A stretch of DNA of 62,999 bases, filler included, from Salisapilia sapeloensis CBS 127946 (GCA_023334545.1; 22 parts of 22 records of this genome joined end to end with filler, not necessarily neighbours in it); one strand, 5' to 3'; shown: positions 48,513-60,074, counted from the whole stretch's first letter. Program-made: numbers and translations. The notes: a model not told the origin generated them from the letters alone.

Positions 48513-49759
48513 ATGAACGACGTTTTCGAGGCATTCTTGACCGACCCTGTGCGTGTGAACCCCCACGTCTACCGGCTGTGGCTGGATGGGCAACACGCAA
48601 ACGAAGCGCTGGTGATGCGCCTTCGAAACGACAACGGACAGCCTTCCAACAGCAGCACGCAGGACGAGGCGAGACTGCGAGAGCTCGTGTGGAGAGACAC
48701 GGTGGACCAGTATCGACTGTACGAGAAGCTGGAGCACTATCTTATTCACCCGGAACTGCTGGGCTCTCAGCTCCTCTTCCAGATCCCACCGCAGCAGCAG
48801 CAGCTCATGCTGGAAGGATACTACGCGCTCGATGGTCGCATCGGTCGCTGGGTCGCTGGTCATCGACACAAGACACAAGCTCCCTTGGACCTGGAGGCCA
48901 TTGCGAATGCAGCCCAACAGTCTCCGACGCAATGCAGGCGCCAGTCAGAGAACCTGGACCGCGTCTACTTGTACCTGGAAGAGCACGCCTTCCACTTCGG
49001 AGGTCTCAGCTGCAGTCTGGCTATCCAACGCCGCTTTCGACTCTCCGGACCACTGTCAGCACACTATGCATGCGCACTATTCCTCCGCCACATGCGCTTC
49101 GACCTGCATCCGACGAACCGGATCACCGGCTTCCTCCGGTGGCAGGACCTGCTCTTCTTTGCGGCTGCTCTGCTCACCCACTGGGTTCCTCAGGCTAACA
49201 GGCAGCCTCTCGTACCAGCTTCAGGAGAGCAAAGCAGTGCACCGGCGGAAGGTGAAAAGAACGAGGTGACCGACGTCGCCATGCGGAGCGGAGGGACATG
49301 GCCGTCTCTGGAAGCAGTACGGAAGCGACTGCCCCCAACGAGCATCCGGGAGGCTCTTGGATTCGACCTTAGTGGGAACATGACGAGTGCCTTGAGAGAC
49401 CTAAAGGCCCACTTGATCAACGACACGGAGGCGCTGAGGAGCTATCGGCAGACCGTCCTGCAAAAGCTACACGAGACCTACAGTCATGAAGAGCTCCAGG
49501 AACTGGAACAACGTCTCTACCTCATCGTCCATGCAGTACGCCTTCTCTATTCGTATATTTTCTTCCACTACTAAGATCCTTTGGTAGCTTCTGATCATCG
49601 GCGCTGAGCTCTCGCAGTCAAAGGAGCTGAAGGACTTGCTAGAGGACTGGATCACGCAGGTGGCCAAAGTGCTCAAGGACTGCCACGTCCGGTCGAGACA
49701 GATCGATGACATCTTCTCTGCCTTGATCGAGTACGTCCACCTCCTTCCTCTATACCGAC
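48513..49759 (+). CDS. FIBP: FIBP (FGF1 intracellular-binding protein) homologue; intron 49536..49587; 3'-truncated
   Basis: VYRLWLDG, DTVDQYRLYEKLEHYL, QLLFQIPPQQQQLMLEGYY, CRRQSENLDRV and SKELKDL match my recollection of the FIBP family. Confidence 0.82.
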
Positions 49760-49859
49760 NNNNNNNNNNNNNNNNNNNNNNNNNNNNNNNNNNNNNNNNN
49801 NNNTTAATTAATTAANNNNNNNNNNNNNNNNNNNNNNNNNNNNNNNNNNNNNNNNNNNN

Positions 49860-49913
49860 AGAGCTCTTGAGCTCATTATATATTAATACTAGAATAATGA
49901 GCTCAAGAGCTCT
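49860..49913. repeat. Contig-terminal hairpin: 20-bp perfect stem, 14-nt loop
   Basis: AGAGCTCTTGAGCTCATTAT (49860..49879) pairs with ATAATGAGCTCAAGAGCTCT (49894..49913). Confidence 0.95.
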
Positions 49914-50049
49914 TCAGGAATACCACCACCAACTATGGGGGATAATAAAGAACTACTTCGTAGTCCTTCATACTCTAAAAATAGACCATTAATAACTAAT
50001 GAATAACAACGTGTACAAGGAAGACAAAAAGGAAATAATAAAGTACATT

Positions 50050-50901
50050 CTATTCTTGAAATTGTAAACGAAAGTGTTCTTCTAGGTCGCCTACAAAGTC
50101 CCAATACACAAAGTCTTCATTGCCCGCTTGTCTCTGCTGTTCCAAATATTGTTCTTGAGCAACACGCTCATTATACAATGCAATTGCAAACATACCGTTG
50201 GAAGGCGGCGGCGTGTCCACTTGAGTTTGTTCTGGGGATCGATGTAACTCGGCCGCTTGGTCAAGCACGCTGGCAAACTCGGCATCATCTATATCTTCAT
50301 CTTGTGCGGGAAGGACCACTTCTTCACGAGTTGCTTGCGGGGGAATGGAACGTCTAGCCAAGTTGTTCGCTGGACGCACTGGAACCGGCTGGAACATGCG
50401 TCGCACAACATCATCGTCATCGCTACTTGAATCGAGCGTCAAGATTTCTTCATCTGGAATGTTCGCGATGCGTTCAAGTCGCCTGATGTGTGAGAGAAGC
50501 ATACGCCGCTCCGACGCTCGCGTTCTTCGTCGAAGAACCTCCGTTCTTGCCTCTGCTTCCATTCTGCGCGTTTCCTCTCTATCACGCCGGCGGGCCTCTT
50601 GTTCTCGAGCGAGTCGTATGGATACGTTGTAGACGTCTTGGCTGGCCCGTTCAAGCTCTGTTTGCAGTCGCACTTGGCTCCGACGTAAGCGCTCGATCGT
50701 TTCTTCGTGAGTGGACAGCTTTTCAAATGCTGCATCTCTATCTTGTGTCATCCAGTTGTCTAGCAGAAACACTGCCAAGGAGTCGTTGGATGTCTTCTTT
50801 CGTAGAGTCGGCGCTAGCAGGCGTTTCAGGGACCTTTTAGATGGTCCTTTGGGCATTTGAGTAAATTCGGAAATGAAACGTTCTTTGGTCCAGTAGTTCA
50901 A
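50050..50901 (-). CDS. Orphan intronless protein (basic N-terminus, coiled coil, acidic disordered C-terminus)
   Basis: 283 open codons, TTG at 50901, first ATG at 50856. No recognised family. Confidence 0.55.
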   Translation of the reverse strand: MNYWTKERFISEFTQMPKGPSKRSLKRLLAPTLRKKTSNDSLAVFLLDNWMTQDRDAAFEKLSTHEETIERLRRSQVRLQTELERASQDVYNVSIRLAREQEARRRDREETRRMEAEARTEVLRRRTRASERRMLLSHIRRLERIANIPDEEILTLDSSSDDDDVVRRMFQPVPVRPANNLARRSIPPQATREEVVLPAQDEDIDDAEFASVLDQAAELHRSPEQTQVDTPPPSNGMFAIALYNERVAQEQYLEQQRQAGNEDFVYWDFVGDLEEHFRLQFQE

Positions 50902-51192
50902 GTTCTTCCAATCTTATGTTTGGAAGCAGATCAGATTTCTCACCCACTATTACCCATCATCAACGGTGTCGCAAGATCTGTAACGATCCAATAGGAAAGG
51001 GGATCAGATGTGTAACCTGGTCCGACCAGATTAGTCCGAGGTCTAATCATACATACATTCATACCATCATTCAGGCAATCATTCCTACTCGGNNNNNNNN
51101 NNNNNNNNNNNNNNNNNNNNNNNNNNNNNNNNNNNNTTAATTAATTAANNNNNNNNNNNNNNNNNNNNNNNNNNNNNNNNNNNNNNNNNNNN

Positions 51193-51341
51193 CCTTGTAG
51201 CTCGCAAGTACAAGAGTTGTCCATGTCACCATAAATTGCTTTGGAGATGGCCTTGGGTTCCTCAAGATAGCCGTGAGCAGTAACCTGGCTAATGGTGGTG
51301 GCGGCAAAGGCAATGGTCGTCAAGACGGCAGAGAGATTCAT
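51193..51341 (-). CDS. Secreted His1 protein, probable lytic polysaccharide monooxygenase (AA17/AA16-like), N-terminus only
   Basis: Signal peptide MNLSAVLTTIAFAATTISQVTA followed directly by HGYLEEP. Confidence 0.6.
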
Positions 51342-51382
51342 TGTGCAAGTAGACGTAGTAGTTGATGCTGTCGTAGTAGAGC

Positions 51383-51398
51383 GCAAAAGTGGAAATGG
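51383..51398 (-). promoter_or_regulatory. Oomycete Inr-FPR core promoter of the His1 gene
   Basis: Minus strand CCATTTC-CA-CTTTTGC is an exact fit to YCAYTYY-nn-MWTTTNC, about 42 nt upstream of the ATG. Confidence 0.6.
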
Positions 51399-52441
51399 AA
51401 CTTGGTGGGAAGTGTGCTTCGTATAAGTGGACACGATCGAAATAGGTGTCAGATGAAATTAAATAAATACATCTAGATGGGTGATCCATCTCCACAGCGA
51501 GTAGCGAAGAAAGTCAACAACTCAATAGCGTCGTGTAAAAATACTTTTCCTGGCTCAATACCTGATCTTGTCGCGTAAGAGCAGTCGAGTCCACGTATTA
51601 ATTCAATAGTAGGTGACAATGACTGAAAGGATACTTCGTAGTCAATTGAAAGTCACTACATTTGTGGTGCCATCTGGATATGCAGCGGAATACTTCATCT
51701 TCTTTCCACAGGATGCAGGATTCCTCTAAATACTGCTGGAAATGCGCTTATCTTGTCTGCTTCCGAATATGCAAATGTGCGAAGTTGTGGGAGTTGGTAA
51801 AATTCGCCAGTGAAGAAGCGGAAAGCGCGTCGAAGGTGAAATGAAACTTCGGATCAATGTTCTTGTCAGTACGTATATTGGTCAGTAGAGCTGTCAAAAA
51901 GTATTGACTGATCGGACGGTCTACTCCATTAAATTATTTGTCATCACTGGGATGTATCTCATCGAGGACACGTAAGCACATTCACATGAAAATGCTAGTT
52001 TTGCATTAAACGCTCCTTTTATTATGGCTGGCAGGGTTAGGAATAGTCAGTAGCTTATGAAGATGCGCCGAGCGGCTACATGAATGCGAAACTGGTATGC
52101 TAGGTTACTGCTCCCTGGAAATTTGGCTTTTGCAGGAGACTGCAGTCTGTTCCACATGCAGCTAAGAGCTGAAGTGAATCAACTGGACAGGAATTCATAT
52201 AGTACTACGAAGCTATACGACACAAATATTGTTCCTTGTTGAAGGCAACGAAAGGAAACTGAAAGCGTCAAAAGCAGGACGTTTGCTACAATATACTTCG
52301 AGTAAAAAGGGTACAGTATCTGTCGTTGTGCATCTCAACAAGAAACACATTTGCTTGTGCAGTCAAACTTTCGTTGTACGATACATAATGCAATACAAAG
52401 CAAAGGACACGAAAGTCGCGTCAAAGCATCTACACTGTCTT

Positions 52442-54019
52442 CTAACTACCGTGGAACTGATACGACGTCCGGAAGCCCAAACCAGTCGAGTACCGGTATA
52501 AATCTTGTCTACAGTCTCGACAGATCGTATGCACTTTTACTGGCACAGGCGCGCCATCTCTTCCGCTTGCCGAAAAGTCGTTGCTTTTACCGCCAGTCGC
52601 GGTACTCGACCGACGCATGACCGTCGGGTTCCCATGCAATCGGAGCTGCTTACCACATTTCCGACATAGAGAAACGACACCACAGACGTCGCACACATGG
52701 CGGCGACGGAAGAGTCCGAAGCGGCGATGGCAGGAATGACAGCTCTCTCCGTTCTCATGCAACGTCGTGAGCGAAGCGGCACGTATGGTGGACATGACGG
52801 TAGACGACCTGTGTGTCATTCGACTGCGCTCAAAATCCGAGTTCATGCTTTGGTGAGAACGACTGCGAGCCGGAAGGTCACCATGTCCATTAAGTTGGCT
52901 AACAGACGAAAAGGAGATCGTATCGGCGCTCGCAGTCTCTTGTAAAATTATGTCACGTTCTTTTCTTTCCTCTTTCGTTTCCTTGCTTTTGTCCTCCTTC
53001 GTTTCCTCTTTCATTCCGGACGACGATTCGGACGTTTCCAATTGAACGTCTGCCTCTTGCAACGACGACGGCGACATTGGAGGAGATCTAGGTGAAGATT
53101 GCAGCGAGGCACGAGTCATCGCAGGAGCACTGGCAGCCGATCGCTTGATCTGCTTGAGGCGATCGCTGCGAGATCGAGTCACATGGAGTTTCCGCACAGC
53201 AGCACGTAGCACCAAGTATACCGAGATGAAGCAGGCACTCACGAGCACCATCGCGTATTTGGTGTTCGTGCTCAAGTTAGCGACGGCTGATGGTAAATAG
53301 CGGAGACATGTTTCCGATATGGAGGACATGACCGATTGGAAAATGTCGATGAAATACCCCAGCACACCTAGTGGTGCTGGTGGGGTGCAAGAATCCAGGT
53401 CAAAGAGGATGTTTGCATAAGCATAGGCACTATGTACACCTTTGCTAACGGTCTGCAGGCGGTATAAGTAGGTATTCTCGGGCTGGATGTCAGCATCATT
53501 GTAAGACGTTGTGTCACCATTCAGGAGAGGCTTCCACATGCACCGTTCATCCGATTCCAACATACGGGCGAGTGCGTAGGAGTCTGGTACCCATTGATCG
53601 TCATCAAACGCTCTCCACTTTAACTTGATGGAGCGACAAGAGGCGACGCCCACGAGCAACGGAGTGGGTGGAAAAGAAGAATTGTGACCTGCCACGAGTA
53701 TCCACTCCTGGCTATTTGATATGCACGTTGGATCTGCGTGAGTGCATGTTCCAGAGGGTAGGTCCTGGGTGCATTTACTCTCGCTCTGTCCTGTGATAGC
53801 AGCTACAGCGATGTCTAAAGCAATTCCATCAGATTATAGTCTCAAAAGTGTACAGAAGTCGTGCATTCGTACCAGCCAAACAGCATAACATAACCAGTAG
53901 GACCGTAGAGCGTCCCCTCGCGGACGACGTCGACGCCAGCATGCCCACCACCGAGTCACCTCCTTCTCTCGACCAAAGTTCGAGTTTGGGGTAGTTGACA
54001 AGTCGTCTGAAATGTCCAC
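52442..54019 (-). CDS. FN3-like + TM + FYVE protein; 5' exons uncertain
   Basis: SIKLKW...YNDADIQPENTYLYRLQTV, TM YAMVLVSACFISVYLVL, and CHSCHRRFGLFRRRHVCDVCG...LCRKC...ICRDC. Confidence 0.72.
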
Positions 54020-54242
54020 TCTAACTTCAAGCTATCTGATTCGTTGAAAATCATTTTTTGTGCATTTTATTGGACTAAATTCCGTTATTATCACTTGCGT
54101 CACCGAGTACGATTGCGCGCTGTCTTTACGCGATGACGCCATCCTTCTATCTCAACTACGATACGCCAGCTATCCAATCAACAGATTCATCTCGTCATCT
54201 CTTCAAATTATCCTTTGCTATTTTTTCTCTTTCATATTTACC

Positions 54243-54385
54243 ATGGAAGGCCAAGACTCTCTCTACGGAAAGTCAATGCCCGAAACGAAACTCCAACGCC
54301 ATTACGTCCGGATACGGTCACCCAGATATGGCACGCGACTCGCCACCGCCAACGTCGTGCCCTTCACCTTCCCGTACGCGCTAGA
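54243..54385 (+). CDS. N-terminus of an unidentified gene, truncated
   Basis: ATG-initiated open frame running to the contig end (MEGQDSLYGK...VVPFTFPYAL). Confidence 0.3.
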
Positions 54386-54486
54386 NNNNNNNNNNNNNNN
54401 NNNNNNNNNNNNNNNNNNNNNNNNNNNNNTTAATTAATTAANNNNNNNNNNNNNNNNNNNNNNNNNNNNNNNNNNNNNNNNNNNNC

Positions 54487-54708
54487 ATCGAGGCGAACAA
54501 GGACAAGATCGACCAGCTCATGAAGAACTCGCTCATGCTCGTGACTGCCTTGAACCCTCACATTGGCTACGACAACGCGTCCAAGGTCGCTAAGAAGGCA
54601 CACGCGGACGGCACGACGCTCAAGGAAGCTGCCATCGAGCTCGGACTCTTGACGTCAGAACAGTTTGACGAGTGGGTTCGTCCGGAAGAGATGATCGGTC
54701 CCAACTAA
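54487..54708 (+). CDS. fumC: Class II fumarate hydratase, C-terminal end
   Basis: [26 protein letters not shown]...[13 protein letters not shown]. Confidence 0.92.
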   Translation: MEANKDKIDQLMKNSLMLVTALNPHIGYDNASKVAKKAHADGTTLKEAAIELGLLTSEQFDEWVRPEEMIGPN

Positions 54709-54931
54709 GTCGCTTGTAAAGACAGATACGACATCCTTTCGCATGATAGCTTGCAGTCTAGTTGACATACTCGTAAGAACGTAGAACAATTAGACTTGCT
54801 CTTTGTCTACCACTAGTACATCCCTCATTTTTCTCACCCTAGTGAAGCTTCTGTCAAGGAACTAGTCAAGGACAAAGTGCTTATGTATTCCCAACATGCT
54901 ACCGTCATCTCGTATCTCTTATGATGAAGAA

Positions 54932-55975
54932 CTAGCTAGTACTCGTGGTAGCTGCGATGCAATCTGGCGACTCGGACACGAGGTCATGGAGCTTGACACG
55001 ATAGATCTTGCCGTCTTCACCATGCACCAGCGTCTCGACCTCCAAGTAGTTGTTCTCGTGGAAGAAAGCTCGAGCACGAGCTGTAGGTGCGTGTAGGATC
55101 CCGAACTGATCTGTCTGGATCACCTTCACAGGCTTCCCTCCCGACGCTTCGACCTGCTCTAGCTTCCCATCGGCAGACGTCTGATAACGAGTACCGATGC
55201 GCTTGTCATCGACAAAGACAATGAGCTTGGAGATGGCGTCCAGAGAGCTTCCGTACTCAAGTGTCTTGTGCTGCCAAGTCACACGCACGTCGTCGTCCGT
55301 GAACTTCATGGCTGCAGCCATGCGCAGAGACAGGAGATCGTTCCGATGATCATGCTGTGTGGCTTTGATGGTTGCCAAGTACAACTCCTGCTCGTCCTGG
55401 TCCATGTACTGAAGTTGGGACTGGACAAACGCAGGCTGCGCAAGGGACTCCAGACGCATGTCATGAACAGAGGTGTCTGCGTCTGCTGGGAGTGCTTGGC
55501 GACAGAACTTCTGAGCGTGAGAGCACAGGTCCTTCCTTGGAACTTTGTCGTAGAAGAAAGGGAATGGATACAACTCTTCCAGCGTCGTCACACATGGCGT
55601 ACAGTTCCTCGCTCGAGAAATAAAGGGCGTGTCACGACGCATGAACGGACTGGACGATAGAAACTCTCGGCAGAGCGTGCCGGGGGTAATACACACATCT
55701 GCATCCGATACAATGTATATCTTTACAATCCTACTAACAGAAAGCAATTGCAGCTGAGCCATACAAGACCTTTCGGCACAGAGTGCACCACCGACATTCG
55801 AGCACTCGGAATTCGCCCCCACTACCTCCTGTCGTCTACCCTCCTCATCTTGATACACAAAGAGTGCAAGTACACGAAATTCAGATAAGATCGGCGGACG
55901 CATCTCCTCATCACGCTTACGCTCCAACTTTCGTAAACAAACCACATCATCGTCCGAGAGCTCTGCCGTCCGCAT
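54932..55975 (-). CDS. Two-domain cytidine deaminase-like protein
   Basis: SEFRVLA...GANSE...LCAERS...TPGTLCREFL, followed by a degenerate second deaminase-fold repeat. Confidence 0.75.
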   Translation of the reverse strand: MRTAELSDDDVVCLRKLERKRDEEMRPPILSEFRVLALFVYQDEEGRRQEVVGANSECSNVGGALCAERSCMAQLQLLSVSRIVKIYIVSDADVCITPGTLCREFLSSSPFMRRDTPFISRARNCTPCVTTLEELYPFPFFYDKVPRKDLCSHAQKFCRQALPADADTSVHDMRLESLAQPAFVQSQLQYMDQDEQELYLATIKATQHDHRNDLLSLRMAAAMKFTDDDVRVTWQHKTLEYGSSLDAISKLIVFVDDKRIGTRYQTSADGKLEQVEASGGKPVKVIQTDQFGILHAPTARARAFFHENNYLEVETLVHGEDGKIYRVKLHDLVSESPDCIAATTSTS

Positions 55976-56096
55976 GCTGACGTACGTCGTGCCCAACTTC
56001 AAAAATCGATATATAGAGTTCGTTTAAAACCGCATACAAAAGCTCTATCATATACAAATTCAGGCGAGTGGCTACCATCACGAGATAAGCACAAGC

Positions 56097-56736
56097 ATGT
56101 TAGCTCGAGTCGCTCGGTCCTGCCGCTCTCTTGCCTCGACTTCGGTCAGCAAGAACTCTCTACCTGCGTTCTGTGCTCAGAACGCTTCCTTCGCCACGTC
56201 TGCATGGGAAAAGGACTCGAATAAACGAACGAAGCTCAAAATCCCGACCAAGAGGTAGAGTTCTAACGCACTGATACATGCTCGTCGACATACTCATCTG
56301 TGTGTGCATGTAGAGCTGCGAGTTTGCTGCAGGAATTGGAAAAGGAGGCTGTGGAGAAATCGCTTTCGACCAAGGACATTGACGATTTCAAGCCTGGCGA
56401 TGCCGTCGAAGTCAAGTACTACTTGAGTCGCACGGGTGGCAAGCTCCAGCGCGTTAAGGGCGTCGTCCTCGCCCGTCGCAACCGTGGCACCGGCAGCTCA
56501 TTCGTCATCCGTAACGTACGTCTCCATCTATCTAATCCGGCTCTGGTTTCATCTAACTTTTGTCTCAATAGCACATCGGCGGCTACGGCTATGAGCAAAA
56601 GATCTTCCTCCACTCGCCACTTCTCGACAGCGTCAAGGTCCTCCAAGAAGCTTTCATTCATAAAGGACGCAAGCGTGTGCGAAGGGCTAAGCTCTTCTAC
56701 TTGCGTGAAAAAGCGCCTCGCTTCACGACCGTCTAA
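56097..56736 (+). CDS. MRPL19: Mitochondrial ribosomal protein bL19m, 3 exons
   Basis: Basic/Ser presequence, FKPGDAVEV, KGVVLARRNRGTGSSFVIRN, and after an intron HSPLLDSVKV...RVRRAKLFYLR. Confidence 0.9.
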
Positions 56737-56799
56737 GCCATCTAGAACCAACAAGACGCAAGTAAAAGAGACAATCGCTCTTCTCGTTCTTCCTTTAGC

Positions 56800-59334
56800 C
56801 TATCTGCGCTTCTTCTTCTTCGACTTGCGCTGCGGCATTGAACTCGTGACCACCACGCCTTTATCCGGTCCACTGCCCTCCGCCTTCTTCGCCGCACGAG
56901 CCGCAGCATCCAATCGGCGCGCATCCTTCTCCGACGCTGCACCTCCTGCGCCTTGGGCACTCGTCCCATATCGATTACGTCCGCGACGACCTCGCTTCGA
57001 GTACGACCGTTCCTTTCGTGGCACCCAACGCTCAGGGTCAGGATGCACGAGGCCGATCGTCGGGTTATAGTCCGGTCGAGACTTGAGGTCGTGCAAGTAC
57101 TTTTCCCGACGCTTGCTACGCTTCCGAGCGATGCGCTCAGGGTTCTTGGCCTTACGCTTACGACTATTTGATGTTAGATACGTCGAGAGGTAGAAGACTA
57201 GATCACATACTCGTTCTTGGCTGCAGAGACTGCCGTGAGCTTGGACGTGAGACGACCAGACGCACGTGCTTCACGCTCCAAGTCCTCTGCATTTGTCCCG
57301 GCGCTATCCACAGGCGGGAGCATGGCACTACGTGTCTCGGCAGCTGAGGCGTCACAGTAGGATCTAGCACGAGCGTAAGAAGTAGTAGGAGAGACGAGGT
57401 AGAAGGAGCCTACAGAGCGATGACGAGGGACGCGAGAGACCGGAGACGGACGTCTGGGTCCAACGCACTGCCGCCTTGGCCGTCCAAGAGCGCAGCGTAC
57501 TTCTCGGCAGCTTCCTGATACTTGCGCTTCTCCAAGAGGTACGCTCCGCAGCCTTCCTGTAGCTTCATCAGCGCCTCAGGAGACGTGGATGCAGCTAACG
57601 CTTGGTCGAACACACGCTGGGCAGATGCAGCGTCTCCTGCCTCGTTGTACAGCGCCACCAGCGTCGCGACGGTGCCTGGCGTGTGCTGAATCTCTTCGAT
57701 AGACGCGAGGCAGTCTGCCGCTTCCTTCGTTTGGCCTACAAGGACAAGATGAGAGGAGGAAGGTGATGGAAGAGGGAGGAAGAGGTACTGTTGGAGAGGT
57801 AGACATGAGAAAGACCTAGACGTCCAGCAACACTCGTGTCCTGCTGGAGCATATCCATCTCTTCCGACGTCGGATCCTTTGCAGCTAAGAGCGTCAGGAG
57901 CTCACTTGTAGCTCTCGACGTCGGGAAACGGTCCTTGAGCTGCTTTAGAACACGCTTACAGTCGTCCACCTAGCATGGGATGAGCATCATGTCACCTACG
58001 TAAGAGATGAAGCAAGTACCTTGTTGGCAAAGCAGAGGAGAAGTGCTCGGTTCAGAAGCACCGCTTCTTGCTGCTCTGGACTGAGCTTACTGCTGATGAC
58101 ATCGTTGTCAATGGCATTCAGACGCTTGAGACTGTCTCCTACATCTCGGTCCTTCCGGATGGACACGAGGTTATTAGACGCCACGGCTTCGATTACGTGA
58201 TTCGACAGTTTGAGCTTGAGGATACGACGATAGTCGGCTAACGCGCCATCCAGATCGCCCTTCATCTGCTTCACAAAGGCTGCTTGCATCTGGATGAGTG
58301 CTACTTCCTCCATCGACTTGGTTTCCTTCGCTAGTTCCTGCGCATAGGCTGTAGAGATCCAAGATGAGAGAGAGAAGAGTAAGAGGAGGTACTAGATGAA
58401 CCTTCAGCTTCCGACAACTCGGCTTGAGCAGTCTCCCAGTCCTGTCGTTCGATCGAGATAAAAGACTTGTTGAAAGCGACTTCAAAGCTATGCTCCGTCT
58501 GTAGATATGAAGAGTTAAAAATGGAAATAAAACGAAGAGAGGAGTGTGTACGGGAATGTCGCGAGTGTGGAGCTCCGAGGTGCGGCCTGCTCCGGCGTAC
58601 GCTGCCAAGAGGTTCGTGTGCAGCTCAAAGCGATCGTCCTAGTGTCTTGATGATTAATATGTGGATGAGAGGGACATGGTGAGGGATAGTACGGGATCGG
58701 CAGTCGAGAGGAGATGCTCGTAGATCTCGATGCACCGGTCAAAGTCGCCGCGACGGTAGAGCTACAGTGTATTATACAAGTCAAATTATACTGTAAAGAG
58801 GAGGAGACGTGTAAACGTACCACTTGGGCAGCCACGTGGAGCATGGCGTGACTCGCTTCCTCCAGATTCGAGGGCAAAAGCTCTACGGCTTGATCATCCT
58901 ACTCGATACATCATTCATATAGTATACTACATAGTAGAGAGGAATGACGGGATGTACCTGCTGCAATCGGTAGAGGCAATAAGCTCGTTCAGCCTCGAGG
59001 TAGTCGTGCTTGGCTGCGAGCTGCAGTGCCTTGTCGAACTGTATCGCCGTAGGAATAAACCATTACTCCTCCTGGACTAGGATACTATGCCAGAAATCCA
59101 GTACCTTGTTCATTCTCATGAGCGCGACGCACTTGACTTTTATCACATCCTGGTCTTCAGCATTTTTCGATCGAACTGATAGGCACCACACGTCACGGTC
59201 AGTCCCCCCTCTTGCTAAGAGCATGTAGTATAAATGGACTATGTACTCTTGTTGCATAGTTCGACTGCTTTGGCGTAGTCCTCACGCTCAAGCACTGCCT
59301 TTAGCTCTCGGAATGTCTCGACCTCGGCATCCAT
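56800..59334 (-). CDS. SRP72: Signal recognition particle subunit SRP72, many short introns
   Basis: Spliced start MDAEVETFRELK...KCVALMRMNK...ERAYCLYRL, TPR exons, and a last exon containing PDPERWVPRKERSY. Confidence 0.88.
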
Positions 59335-60074
59335 GGCTCCGAGCGATATGCTTTCGGTCGAGTATGGGTATATTTAGTTGTAGATTAATTTGCGACTACT
59401 CTTGGAACTCATCTCTACTTTGTGCACTGGTGTATCGATTGCTATTCGCTGCTTCAGCTACTAGAGTAGAGAAAAGTTATAAGACTGTTCTGGAGAGTCG
59501 ACATGATTACAGATGCGAGCTACAGGCAAATCCTGCTCGGAGAGTGTCTGTTGGTGCGATGGTGGTACATGTATTAGATGGTAACTTGGATCTTGCGTTC
59601 GCCCTCTTACACCACCTGCACAAGCAATGAGCTTTGTGATCAACTTTTAAAACCTCTAATCCCAAGCACTAAGAATGAGGCCGTGTAGGTTGAGCGGATC
59701 ATCGGGCATTATGTCAGGCATTTAAGGCATTATGTGAACAAAGACGCAAAGACCACAATAGTAGTCAATGCCTAAATATTTGGCATTATGTCCTACTCTT
59801 CCGTTGCTATCCTCCTCCCTACTCATGTCGGCCGCTCCTCTGTCATGCTTTGGTGGGGATAGTGTCGAGCGTATCGTGGTTGATCGTCAGTCCTTCAGGT
59901 TGAAGCTGCATTCGATTTACTTGCGCTACTGAGCTCTTCGCCAATTCAGTGGGACGACGTACAGTGCGAGTCNNNNNNNNNNNNNNNNNNNNNNNNNNNN
60001 NNNNNNNNNNNNNNNNTTAATTAATTAANNNNNNNNNNNNNNNNNNNNNNNNNNNNNNNNNNNNNNNNNNNNCA

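Noticed and set aside
59705-59795. GGCATTATGT repeated three times
   Set aside because: Short, irregularly spaced and without further structure.
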